Shown: positions 25,973-37,178 of the stretch, one piece after another
Position numbering within the stretch: the first letter of the stretch is position 1
Layout: every line of letters begins with the position of its first letter
Assembly (NCBI RefSeq): GCF_016433145.1
Contig: NC_058130.1
Coordinates: 767,559,816 to 767,613,084, forward strand
Origin: Gracilinanus agilis
Taxonomy: Eukaryota
DNA: 53,269 nt
Direction of reading: 5' to 3'
The notes under the pieces: generated by a model
Seen by the model: the letters and a program-made list of their open reading frames with translations, nothing else
What the model was told of the DNA's origin: nothing
Databases searched by the model: none
Made by a program: the position numbers and the translations under genes

Positions 25973-26173
25973 CAGTGATGGGCAAACTACGGCGGCAGGT
26001 CTGATGTGGCCCCCTAAAATGTTCTATCCCACCAGGTGACATTATTCCTAATCTGACAAATATAATGAGTAGGATATAGTACAATGAAACTTCGAAAGAG
26101 TTGCCTTAGAAACAGACTGAGATGAGTATTTCCTTTCCTTTGGCCACCTCTTTAAAAAGTTTGCCCATCACTG
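25973..26173. mobile_element. hAT-superfamily MITE (201 bp)
   Basis: Perfect 16-bp TIR CAGTGATGGGCAAACT. Flanks CCTCTAGC/CTCTAGAC share the TCTAG core. Confidence 0.88.
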
Positions 26174-26856
26174 CTCTAGACTAGAGTAGACCATTCTAAA
26201 CTTTGTTTTCCTCATCTGTAAAATGGGGATCAGAGCCCTGGTGAGGAAAATGTGCAGTAAACTTTATAGTAATGGGAAATGGGAGATAGTTTTTCTCAGA
26301 AGGGGACAAGGGGGTCAGAATGGACTGCTTGGGAGCCACCCTGACCACCCTCCTTTTTGTCCCCCTCCTTCCCAAAGTAAATAGTCTTCTTATCCAGGAA
26401 AGCCCCTGGTCACAATCCCAAGTTAGGATTTTCTAGGCAGCTTGTGTTGCAGTCTCCCCTGCTCTCTGACCTTGGGACAAGAGTCGTCAGGAAGGAGGCT
26501 TAGCCGCTATAGGAGGAGAAGAGTAAACATCTCCAGCTGCCAGAAAGGATGGCGTCAAACTCTTAGCCTGGATCAGCTTGGCCTTGTGTGGCCTCCAGGG
26601 ACAGATAAGCTCAGCAAGCTGGTGAGGAGGATTACCTTGGGGTCAGCTGCCCCAGGGGCCTTTAAACCTCTGAACACCAAAGCTCTCACTACTCAGTCCA
26701 TATGGGGAAGCCCCAGAAGCCACACAGTGAAAGGAGGGGTCCTAGTCCTGGGTCAGCTCCCCTGGCAAGAGAGAGGCAAAAATCTTTCCCTTTCCAGGGC
26801 ACCCAGCTCAGATTGATTTGGATGAGGGCAATCCTAGGACACAGAATAAGGACTTT

Positions 26857-28165
26857 TAGAGATGGAAGAGTCCTTAGAATGTAAAACACAGGATGATGGA
26901 GTTGGAAATGACCTTAGAATGTAAAATATACGAGATGATAGAGATGGAAGCAACCTCAATCAGTTAATGAACATTTATTTATTTATTTATTGCATTTTTA
27001 AACCCTTAACTTCTGTGTATTGGCTCCTAGGTGAAAGAGTGGTAAGGGTGGGCAATGGGGTTCAAATGACTTGCCCAGGGTCACCCAGCTGGGAAGTGTC
27101 TGAGGCTGGATTTGAACCTAGGACCTCCTGTCTCTAGGCCTGACTCTCAATCCACTGAGCTACCCAGCTGCCCCAATGAACATTTATTAAAGGCCAGGCA
27201 CTATGCTAAATGTCAGAGATACAAAAATAATTAAAAGATCATCCCTGCCTTCAAGGAGCTTATAATCTAATGGGAACATAGAACACAAGATGGTAGAGAT
27301 AGAAAGACTTTTAGGACAAAGAAGACAGAATAATTGAGCAGAAAGGGATCTCAGAACCAGCATGCAAAATTCTAGAGATGGGGAAAAACTTAGACTATAA
27401 AGTGTCAGAGAAGTAAGGGCGTCAAGAACATAGACTAAAGAGTTTAGAGATGGGAAAAGAACTTAGAACCTAGAATAAAGAATGTGAGAAGAGCTACAAA
27501 AGAATATAGAACCTGTTCTTAATCTGGGGTTAGTGAATTTGTTTTTTAAACATCTGAATAACTGCATTTCAATTTAAATGGTTTCTTTGATAACCCTGAA
27601 TATTTTATTTTAAAATACTATTCTAAGTCAGGCCTAGAGATGGGAGTCCTAGCCTCAGATACTTTCTAGCTGTGTGCCTCTGGACAAGGCACTTAACCCC
27701 CATTGCCTAGCCCTTACAACTCTTCTGCCTTGGAACTGATACTTAGTATTGATTCTAAGACAGAAAGTAGGGGTTTAAAAAAAAATGCTGTTCTAGCAAA
27801 GGCACACACAGAGGTTAAGAGATCTTGAAGGGACCTTAGAATTCAGAACAGAATGCTAGAGCTGAAAGAGTCTTTGGAAGATAGAAGATAGACTCTGGGT
27901 AAGTCACTTAACCTCTCTAGACCTCAGTTTCCTCATTTCTAAAATGAGAGGGTTGAAGTAGGGGGCTCTGGGGTCCTTTCCATTTCTAGTTCTATCACCC
28001 TATGAACACAGAATGTAGGAACAGGGAGGGACCTTAGAACATACTCAGTATGGATTCTAAGTCCAAAGGTATGAGTTTAAAAAGCAACAACAATACAGAA
28101 TGCTAAGTAATGGGAGGGACCTTAGAATATAGAATAGTGTTGGACCTGAAAGTGATCATGAGAAT
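26857..28165. repeat. Degenerate ~40-bp tandem units (AGAG.TGGAAGGGACCTTAGAA...) interrupted by SINEs
   Basis: Units at 26857, 26897 and 26939, recurring at about 27290-27510 and 27815-28165. They resemble the MIR/CORE tail. Confidence 0.65.
26980..27174 (-). mobile_element. SINE1_Mdo-type SINE with 14-bp TSD
   Basis: TSD AATGAACATTTATT at 26966-26979 and 27175-27188. Confidence 0.88.
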
Positions 28166-28367
28166 CATCTGTTTCAGTGGTCTTGGTATTTTTTTTTTAA
28201 TTGAAGGACTTGTTACAAGGGACAGTTTCTGTTTGGAGGTCAATGAAGGAAAAAGTGAGAAAAAAGCATCAGTAAAATATAAAATATACAGGAGAAAATC
28301 AAAAGAATTTCAGAAGGGGGCATAAACAGGGCATTTTCGTATACTATCTTGTTAATTTAATAGACAC

Positions 28368-28570
28368 TTTTTTTTTAAACCCTTACCTTCCATCTTGGAG
28401 TCAATACTGTGTATTGACTTCAAGGCAAAAGAACGGTAAGGGCCAGGCAATGGGGGTTAAGTGACTTGCCCAGGGTCACACAGCTGGGAAGTGTCTGAAG
28501 TCACTTTTGAACCCAGGACCTCCCGTCTCTAGGCCTGGCTCTCAATCCACTGAGCTACCCAGCTGCCCCC
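28368..28570 (-). mobile_element. SINE1_Mdo-type SINE
   Basis: Full copy with TSD-like TTAATAGA(C/T)ACTTTT flanks. Confidence 0.85.
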
Positions 28571-28953
28571 TTAATAGATACTTTTAAAAAAGAACTATCT
28601 TTGCCAAACCAAATTTTAAAAATTCTGAACTTAAAACTCCCCCAAAAGCAAGCATTTCAATATATACAGCGGAACACACAAAGAGGAATCTATATAAAAC
28701 CGAGAATCCTTCTAATACTGCTTGAGTTCCACATAAGACTTTCAAAATTGTCCTGCTTCTCTGTGCTTCCTTCTGAACTTTTTTCCGTTCTTTTGTGTAT
28801 ATTTAACTCCTCATTTTCTCTTTTTTATTATATTATCTTTCTGGTCCCTGAAGTTCCCAATCTAGGCCTCCTCATTCTCACCAACCCCTACCCTCACCCC
28901 CTTCACCCATATCCTAGTTATGGCCAAAAGACATGTAGATTTCACCTCTACAG

Positions 28954-29113
28954 CATCTCTTGTCCATTTCACCTGTCCCACATCTCTTGTCCATTTCACC
29001 TGTCCCATATCTTTTGTCCATTTCAGTTTTCCCACACCTCTGGTCAATTTCACCACCGAGCATCTCTTGTCCATTTTACCTTTGCCACCTCCCTGGTTAA
29101 TTTCACTGCTCAG
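28954..29113. repeat. 26-27 bp minisatellite (6 units) inside an L2 remnant
   Basis: CATCTCTTGTCCATTTCACCTGTCCCA repeated exactly at 28954 and 28981, followed by four diverged units. Confidence 0.9.
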
Positions 29114-29361
29114 TATCTCTCAAACATACTCTTTTCTCTGGAGTTCTTATCACCCTGGTGCAGGCCCCAATCACCTCACATTTGATTATTGTCAAGTCCC
29201 TCCCCATTTCATTTAGCCACTCAAATGATTTTCCTAAAGCATAGGTAGGATTATGCCCTTCTTTCCCCATACTCAAATAACTCTAGTGACTTCCTATTGC
29301 TTCCAGGATCAAATAAAAAATGCTTTTTTGGGGGGCATTCAAAGCCCTTCATAACCTAGCC

Positions 29362-29898
29362 CAGTGATGGTGAACCTATGGCACATGGGCCAAAAAGGGC
29401 ATGCAGAGCCCTCTCTGTGGGCAGGTTTGCAGTAGCCCACCAGAGTTCGTTACTACAAAGTCAGAGGGACTGGGGTAGAGCTGTTTCCCTCCCCATTTTC
29501 ATGAGACTGAGGACATTCTTCACTTCACCCACCCGTCTGCCCAGCAGCCCAGTGGGAGCACTTCCTCCCTCTCCTGTCTGGGGTAAGGTACTGGGGAGGG
29601 CTCACATGCTGCATGAGGATGTGGCACAGACTGAAGCCTATTGAGTCTGTGGTGAAGGTGATTCTCATGGTGGAGTTGGAGAGGAGCTAGATTTGAAAGG
29701 AGCAGAGTTCACAGTGTGGCACATAGCTGGAGGGAAGCAGAGCTGGAGGGGAGTGGAGTGCTCAAGCCACTCTCCTCCCCCTCTCCACATGTGCCTCTCA
29801 TCATCTGCCCCTCTGCCCAGTAGTGCAATGAGAGTGCTTCCTTTCTCCTTTGTCTGGGATAAGGTGGGGTGGGCACAGCACTCAGTCTGGGGGTAGGG
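29362..29898 (+). mobile_element. OC1-like non-autonomous hAT element, right TIR missing, inserted in L2
   Basis: Left end CAGTGATGGTGAACCTATGGCAC. Internal modules are shared with the 16874 and 32498 copies. Confidence 0.72.
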
Positions 29899-31964
29899 AC
29901 CTAACGCTTTCTAGTTTTCCTATAGCTTACTTCCCACCATGTACTCTTTAATCCAGTGATATTGGCCTCTTGGATGCTCCACCAACAAGACCTACTGTCT
30001 CTCACCTCAGACATTCTCTCCAGTTGGTCCCCATGCCTGGAAAACTCTCCCTCCTCCCTTCCAACTACTGACCTCCCTGGCTTCCTTTAAGTCCCAACTA
30101 AAATTCCATCTTCTATAGAAAGCCTTCCACAATCCCTCTTAATTCCAGTGCCTTCTCTTTGTTAATTATTTCCTATTTATCTCGTATAAAATTTTATTTG
30201 CACGGTATATATTTGTCTGTATGCTCTCTCCCTTAATAGATTGTCAGCTCCTTGTGGGCAGGGCCTGATTATCTTTTGTATTCCCAGTGCTTAGCAAAGG
30301 GTCTAGAACATAGTAGATGTACAATAAATGTTTTTTTGATAGAGTGATTGATTTACAGTAAAGGAAATTAAAGCCCACAAAGTGGTGGTGATTGGTCCAA
30401 GGTTGCAGAGTGAGTTGATGGCAGAGATCCTTAAGGACATGGAACTATCTTTTTTTTTTCAATAAATTTTTATCGAGACATTATTTTTTTACACCATAGT
30501 ATCCCATGCATCTCTCCTCTTCTCCCTTCCAGAGAACCATTCTATGACAAATAGTATTTTTTTGGAAAAGAAAAAAAATTTCAGCACAACTGATTGATAC
30601 ATGAAAAAAATACAAAAATGGTGACTTACATGTTTCGTTTTGTTTTTTTATCCTCAGCACTTAGCATAGTGTCTGACACATAGTAGTTGCTTAATAAATG
30701 TTTATTGATTGATTGATTTCTGGGATTCGAACCCAGCTCTTCAGATTATACAAGAAGCAGCTAGGTAGCTGAATGAAAAAAGCCCTGAGCTTGGAATGAG
30801 GAAGTTGTAAATTCAAATCTAGTCTCACTTAACTATCTGTGTGACCCTAAACAAGTCATTCAACCTTTGCCTTAATTCATTGGAGAAGGAAATGGCAAAT
30901 CACTCTAGTATCTTTGCCAGAGAGAAAAGGATTGAGGGAGAGAGAGGGAGGGATGCTGAATTAATTGTCCAAGGTCACACAGGTAATAAAATAGCAGTGC
31001 TGGGATTTCAAGTTAGGTTTTCTGTTTAAAAACCCTGTGATTTCTTCTATCCCTAACCTCAAGATGATTCTGGGGGATCAGATCACAAATTTGGATCTGA
31101 AAGAGACTTTTTCCCCTTCCCCAAATGTGATCTCTGTACCTCACTGAACAGGGTACTAGTCCAACTGTCTCATTTTACAGATGATGAAACCAAGGCACAA
31201 AGGGGTTAAGTACAACTTACACTTTACTTAACCCCAATTGCCTTGCTCTGGAACCAATATAAATTCTAAGACAGAAGATAATGGTTTAAAAAAAAGAAAA
31301 AGGATGACTTGCCTAAACAAAGGTAGTAAAAATCCAGCACTCTTTCCACTCCACCCCACTGAGATTAGCTAGAATCCTGCTTGTATCACTTCCCCATTTC
31401 CCAAGCTGTGTAGTCTTAGGCAAAGTCCATTAATTTCTCTGTGCCTGTTTCTCTCTGTGAAAATGAAGGGGTTGGCTTGGAGGCTCTCTCAAGTCCCTTC
31501 CTGATCAGTGATGGATTATGCTGTTGACTTGTAAAGTGAATAGATATTCTCTCAATTGGCTGACCAAATTCTCTTGAGTTTGGCTGCTACCTGAGGGCAG
31601 AGGCTATCTTGAGCAGTCTTTGTGTCATCAGCCCTACACAGTGCCTGGTATATAGCAGGTGCCTAATGTAAGGTTTAAATTAATATCCAATAACTCCAAG
31701 TATTGTATTTTATAAGATTTATTAACAATCAATTGAAGTAGAAGAAATAAAAGGACAAAAGTAAAAGCCTGAGTAAAGAAAAGTTTTCCCAGCATCCTTT
31801 GTGGGAAAAGAGAGAGGGGTAGGGACACACACAAACTTTATCTCCAAAACGCAAGGATATAAGGTGAGAACGAAAGTGGGATGCTGAGATTTAGAGTCCT
31901 GGGGAGCAGATTCCAATTATACACTAATAAATGCTTATCAAAGAGGAAAGGTTCTACTTGGGCA

Positions 31965-32490
31965 AAAATATTTCCAGCAGCTCTTTTGTGGTGGCAAAGA
32001 ATTGAAAAGTGAGGGGATGCCCATCAACTGGGGACCAGCTGAACAACTTATGCTATAAGAAATGATGAACAGGATGGTTTCAGAAAGAGCTGGAAAGACC
32101 TACACAATCTGATGCAGAATGAAGGGAGCAGAACCCCAGAGAACACTGTACACAGTAACAGCAATATTGTAGATATGATGATCAACTGTGAAAGACTTGG
32201 CTACTCTCATCAATACAATGATCCAGGATAATTGTGAAGGACTTATGACAAAAAATGCTCTCCACCTTCAGAGAAAGAACTGTTGGAATCAGAAGGCAGA
32301 TCGAAGCAGGAGGTTTTTTTCATTGTAGTTTATTTGGGTTTTTGTTTTAAGGTTTTGGTCTTATATGATTATTCTCTTACAATGATGAATAATATGGAAG
32401 TATGTTTTGCGCAATAATACATGTGTAACCAGATCCAATTGTTACTATTCCCAGGAAGAAAGAGGGGAGGGGAAAAGGGAGAGTTTAGAA
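31965..32490 (+). mobile_element. L1 3' fragment (end of ORF2 and 3' UTR)
   Basis: GCAGCTCTTTTGTGGTGGCAAAGAATTG...CCCATCAA.TGGGG...TGATGCAGA.TGAA pattern of the marsupial L1 3' end. Confidence 0.8.
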
Positions 32491-32497
32491 CTTATAA

Positions 32498-33140
32498 CAG
32501 TGATGACGGACCTTTGGTACACGTGCCAAAGATGGTATTCAGAGTGCTCTTTGTAGGTACATGTGCTGTTGCCCACCAGTCTGTTACTAGAAAGGCAGAG
32601 GGGCTCCAGCAGCTCTGCTCCCTTCCCCCCTCTACCACATCATCTACCCCTCTGGCCAGCAGCCCAATGGGAGTGCATAGGGGGTAAGGTGTGCTACGCA
32701 CTGGGCAGAGCTAGAGGGGAGCAGAGCCCTCATGCCACTGCCCTCCTCTCTTCCCCTGCCGCTGAGAAAACATTCCTTGCTTCACCTGCCTCTCTGCCCA
32801 GCAGCTCAACGGGAGTGCTCCCTCCCTCTCCTGTCTAGGGTAAGGTGCTGGGCAGGGGGCTCACATCCTGTGTGAGGGTGGGGCATAGACCACAGTCTGT
32901 TGAGCCTCTAATGAAGGTGATTCCTATGATGGGGTTGGAGAGGAGCTAGGTTTGAAGGGAGCCGAGCTCACTGCATGGAACATAGCTGGAGGGGAGCTCT
33001 GGGGCCACTCTCCTCCTCCCCCTCCCCCATCCACATAAGCCTCTCATCACAGACTCCTTTGCCCAGCAGCCCAATGGGAATGCTTCTTCCCTCCCCCGCC
33101 TGGAGTAAGGGGTAGGTGGAATGGGGCACTCAGTCTCTGG
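32498..33140 (+). mobile_element. OC1-like non-autonomous hAT element, right TIR replaced by a SINE fragment
   Basis: Degenerate left TIR CAGTGATGACGGACCT. The internal block GAAGGTGATTC...GGAGAGGAGCTAG.TTTGAA is shared with the 29362 copy. Confidence 0.7.
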
Positions 33141-33499
33141 GGGGCAGCTGTGTGACCCTGGGCAAGTCACTTAACCCCCCATTGCCTAGTCCTTATCGCT
33201 CTTCTGCCTTAGACCCAATACACAGTATTGATTTTAAGATGGAAGATAAAGGTTTTAAAAATAAATTTTAAAAAATAAAAAATGAAATGCTTGTCGACTG
33301 ACAGAAGGATGGAAGGACAAGGTCGAAGCTTTCTAAGTTCCAGCACTAGAGAACCCCTTTCGAAAAAAGGCCCCAGTGCACATTATGTCGTAGGGGAAAA
33401 GATCCCACACGTCGATTGCCTAGATTCTTGCATTCCCAGAGCGCAAAAGCAATCTTTGGAGGTTCTATAACTCAAGCGGAGAAATCCACAGCAAAGGCA

Positions 33500-33875
33500 A
33501 AACTGGCGAAGCCATACCCAGACAAGCTTGGATGGGCGCGCATGCGCTTCAACATGGCGCCCTTAGGTAAAAGAGGGTAGGTGCGTCGCTCCCGGGGCAC
33601 TGCGCATGCCTCCCTTGAAGGGAAGACCGACAGGTGAACGAGAGGTGAATGACGGACGCGTCCTTCACCACTGCGGCGTCTGAAAGTTGAGGACAAGATG
33701 CCGCTTTGTGCGAGTTTTGCGCATGCTCAGAACCAATGCGGATTCTCGCCATCTCTGCGGGAAGGGACATAGACAATGAACTGTCCAATCGGAAGCCGTT
33801 TAGACGCTGGAGTCCCGCTCCGTGAACAGCACTCCCTCTTCCGGTTCCGGCGGCTGCTATTGTTGGAAGATGGCT
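33500..33875 (+). promoter_or_regulatory. COX6A1 CpG-island promoter with NRF-1, ETS/GABP, YY1 and CCAAT motifs
   Basis: NRF-1-like GCGCATGC cores at 33537-33548, 33601-33612 and 33718-33729. CGGAAG/TTCCGG at 33790-33795, 33838-33844 and 33845-33850. AACATGGCG at 33551-33559 and AAGATGGCT at 33867-33875. CCAAT at 33785-33789. This motif set is typical of nuclear-encoded OXPHOS genes. Confidence 0.75.
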
Positions 33876-33975
33876 GTAACGGCGGGCGGACGGCTGCTGG
33901 CGCAGCTGGGACGGGTTCGAGCCCCGCCGGAGCGGATGCTGGCCACCACCGCCGCCCACAGCGAGCACGGCTCAG
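33870..33975 (+). CDS. COX6A1: COX6A1 coding exon 1 (mitochondrial presequence), MAVTAGGRLLAQLGRVRAPPERMLATTAAHSEHGS
   Basis: ATG in AAGATGG context within a CpG island. Arg-rich presequence. Donor CAG|GTGAGC at 33976, phase 1, splices in frame to exon 2. Confidence 0.93.
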
Positions 33976-34136
33976 GTGAGCAGCGGAGGCCCCGAGGAGG
34001 GCGGGACGGGATGGGCCGGGCGTGACCGGGTGACCTTGTCCCTGGGACGCCGGGCCTAGGCCTGGGCCTGGCCGGGAGGGAGGAAGGAGCCGAGCCCAGC
34101 CTCCAATCCGCTGTCACCCGGCTCTGTTCCCCGCAG

Positions 34137-34276
34137 GCCGCTTGTGGAGGACGCTCACCTTTTTCGTGGCGCTCCCCGGGGTGGCCGTCAGCATGTTGAA
34201 CGCCTACCTGAAGTCGAAGGAGCACCACGAGCGGCCATCCTTCGTCCCCTATCCCCACCTCCGCATCCGGACCAAG
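34137..34276 (+). CDS. COX6A1: COX6A1 coding exon 2, [47 protein letters not shown]
   Basis: Matches the COX6A transmembrane segment ([17 protein letters not shown]) and the YPHLRIRTK motif. Acceptor CCCCGCAG at 34136, donor AAG|GTGAGC. Confidence 0.97.
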
Positions 34277-34905
34277 GTGAGCCCCGGGGCCTGGCCCTGG
34301 CCCTGAGCAGCGCGTCCAGGCTTCCCCCAAGTCTCCCTATGGAACATCTCCAGTCAATCCAATGCGTGACCAACGCGTTTACATGCTCTCTCCGTCTTAG
34401 CGAGGCAGCCTCGGGAGAGTAGCGGAGCATATCTTTCCCAACCCCCAAGCGCTTCCAGTGTTTCTTAGGATTCTGCTAGATCAGACCTGAAGCCCGGCAA
34501 TCTCCAAATCTGTGATACTACGGTTTAAGGAGGGAAGGGAATTTAGAAATCCCCGGACTCCCATTCGTTCCGCGAATTTTTTATTCTCCCGATTCTATGT
34601 AATAACAATTTAAGTATATTGCTTTTAAGCCTGGTGTGAAACAGCCTTTTTTCCCTCCACGATGGAAACATAAGATGCAAAAGGCTCAGAAGCACAGCTC
34701 AGTAGATTAAAAGAATGTAAAATAAATGGCCCCGGAGACTCTTTTCTCCCCCACCCTCCCAAACAAAGATCTCTGCCGAAGAGTAAAATTCAGTAGATGT
34801 TGAATTCATTAGATACGCATAACTATTAAGTAATAAGCTAACATTGCTATAGTGCTTAGTGCTTTACACTTATTTTCCCTTTTGATGATCTTCACAACAA
34901 ATCTT

Positions 34906-35101
34906 TTTTTTTTTTAATTTTTTTTTAAACCCTTGTACTTCGGTGTATTGTCTCATAGTGGAAGAGTGGTAAGGGTGGGCAATGGGGGTCAAGTGACTTG
35001 CCCAGGGTCACACAGCTGGGAAGTGGCTGAGGCCGGGTTTGAACCTAGGACCTCCTGTCTCTAGGTCTGACTCTCACTCCACTGAGCTCCCCAGCTGCCC
35101 C
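34906..35101 (-). mobile_element. SINE1_Mdo-type SINE in COX6A1 intron 2 with 16-bp TSD
   Basis: TSD CTTCACAACAAATCTT at 34890-34905 and 35102-35117. Confidence 0.9.
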
Positions 35102-36269
35102 CTTCACAACAAATCTTGAGAAATAGTTGTTGCCCCTATTTTATAGAAGGAAACTGAAGCAAACTGAGGTTCAGGGTCACAGAGGGAGGGAAGAGTATGA
35201 GGCTGGATTTGAACTCAGGTCTCCCTGACTCCAGGCCTGGAGCCAACTTAAGGAGAGTAGTCGTTTTGTTGTCACTGGTTCTTTGAAGTCTTCCTGTATT
35301 TCCACCACTCTTTCCTGTATCATGGTGACATGAAATTTGGCCAAAGAATCTTGTGTCTTTTAAGGCTGCTGTAGCTCAGAGAAAAAAAGAGAGTGTGTGT
35401 GTGTATTTTGGTGTTTTGAAAGTTTGCTCATTTGATTCTCTCAACCACCCTGTGAGGTAGCTGCTGTTATCTCCATTTTATAGAGGCTTTGAGAAGATAT
35501 GACTTGCTTAGCGTCTCAAATTATTTGAAAATGGTATTTGGAACCAGCTATTTCTGTTCTACCAGAAAACTGCTGCTGCTGCTGCTTTCTTGTGAAGTAC
35601 TTGCTTCTGTCTGTGCCCTGTTGCCCCTTAGAAGTTTTTAACTTCTCTGGGATAGACTGTTGTCTGATTTCCCTGGTACAGAGCCTTGTAAATTGTGGAC
35701 CCACCATAAATGCTTATGGAATGAAATTGCATTGAATGATTGACCCACATTTTCATAGGTAACTTGAGGCAGGGGTGGATGGACTTGAACCCCTAACCTT
35801 GCCTGGTAGTCCTATTCTTCCTACTGTTCCACACTTTTGTGACTTTGGATATCAGCCTAGGAAAGTGTTTTAACTTACTGGCCATACTTTCGTCATTGGT
35901 AAAAGGAAAACAAAGTTTCTGCTGCCTTTCTTGCTGGGCAGGTGTAAATTCGAAAATTCTGCATAAATGAGCAGTTGGGTGGATTGGCCTCTTTGGCCCC
36001 TTTCTCATAGGCTCAGACTTTCCCTCCCCTCGTTATTTACTAACTTGAGGTTGCTCTTAATGCAGAAACCAGGATGTGAAAATGGTTTGGGGACAGTTTT
36101 GATTAAACTTGCATGACATCAGAATTGTTTGTTACCTGTCTATGATGGTGCTAACTAAAAGGATGCCGGCTTTGGTAGCTGACTTATTCTAATTGAAAGT
36201 AGAGTTGATGGAGCAACTAATGTTACTTCTGGCTATAGTAAAAGGTTCTCTCTCTCCCCTCCCACATGT

Positions 36270-36455
36270 TATCTTGATTGCTGGGATATCAAGTTCAAAT
36301 TGAAAGGGACCATTAAATCATAATAAGAATCCCTGCCGGCTGCATAATGCCTTAGAAAACTACCTTATCAACCATATCTATGTTTTATTGTATATTTATT
36401 TTGTTAAATAATTTCCCATTATACTTTAACTCCATCTGTGTTTGACACTTCTGAT
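36270..36455. mobile_element. hAT/Charlie-like DNA transposon remnant in COX6A1 intron 2
   Basis: AT-rich core ending GTGTTTGACACTTCTG, a TIR-like end recurrent in marsupial MITEs. Confidence 0.5.
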
Positions 36456-36911
36456 CTCCATCACTGCATAGGTAGAGAGGTGGCCCAGAACAAGCTGGGC
36501 CTAGTCAGAAAGACCTGTGCAGGCAATAGCAGGCACCAGCTGTTAAGTCACTTTGTTGTGTGTGTCTTCATCAATCTCCTTTTTGTAAAATGGAGGTGAT
36601 AATAGCATATGCTAACCTGGGCTGCAAGCACTTTGCACACTTGCTACATAAACATAAATGGTTATTAGTCTTTGAAGATGACAGACTTTACAATAGTGTG
36701 TTTTCTAAGTAGACTCTAGATCCTAGCTTCATAGCCTTTTTGTTGGGGGGGGGGGGCAGAGTAAAGAGGTCCTCTAATTGAGGCTGTGAAGTAACAGTCA
36801 GATTGCACAATATCAAGAGCTGATGAGGGGCTGAAAGAATAAAGAATGCTCTCGTGCAGTCATTAGAAGCTAACTGGAATCATTTGCTATTTTTGGTGTT
36901 TCTCTTCACAG

Positions 36912-36995
36912 CCCTTCCCATGGGGAGATGGGAACCATACTCTATTCCATAACCATCACCTCAATCCTCTGCCAACCGGTTACGAGGATGAGTAA
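36912..36995 (+). CDS. COX6A1: COX6A1 coding exon 3, [27 protein letters not shown]
   Basis: Canonical PFPWGDG...[11 protein letters not shown]-terminus (A1-type ending). Acceptor TCTCTTCACAG, stop TAA at 36993-36995. Total CDS is 330 nt (109 aa). Confidence 0.97.
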   Translation, partial: PFPWGDGNHTLFHNHHLNPLPTGYEDE

Positions 36996-37172
36996 AGAAA
37001 ACTTGGACCAGACTAATCAGGCGCTGGGGACCACAGCAGCTATTGGACCATCATTCATTCTCCCTGTATGTGGATCAGAAAATTCTATGGGACCTTAAAG
37101 TTCATTAACTTGCACCTCACAGTGACAAATGTGCTTATCTTTTATCATTTTGCTTGTGATTGGGATGGCGTA

Positions 37173-37178
37173 AATAAA
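37173..37178 (+). terminator. Probable COX6A1 polyadenylation signal AATAAA
   Basis: First AATAAA, about 180 nt after the stop, followed by GT/T-rich sequence. Confidence 0.6.

Noticed and set aside
28954-29113. CRISPR-like periodicity
   Set aside because: Contiguous units with no unique spacers, in a eukaryotic context.
28601-29185. 194-aa ORF with SCPFHLSHI repeats
   Set aside because: Made of L1/L2 remnants plus a 27-bp minisatellite.
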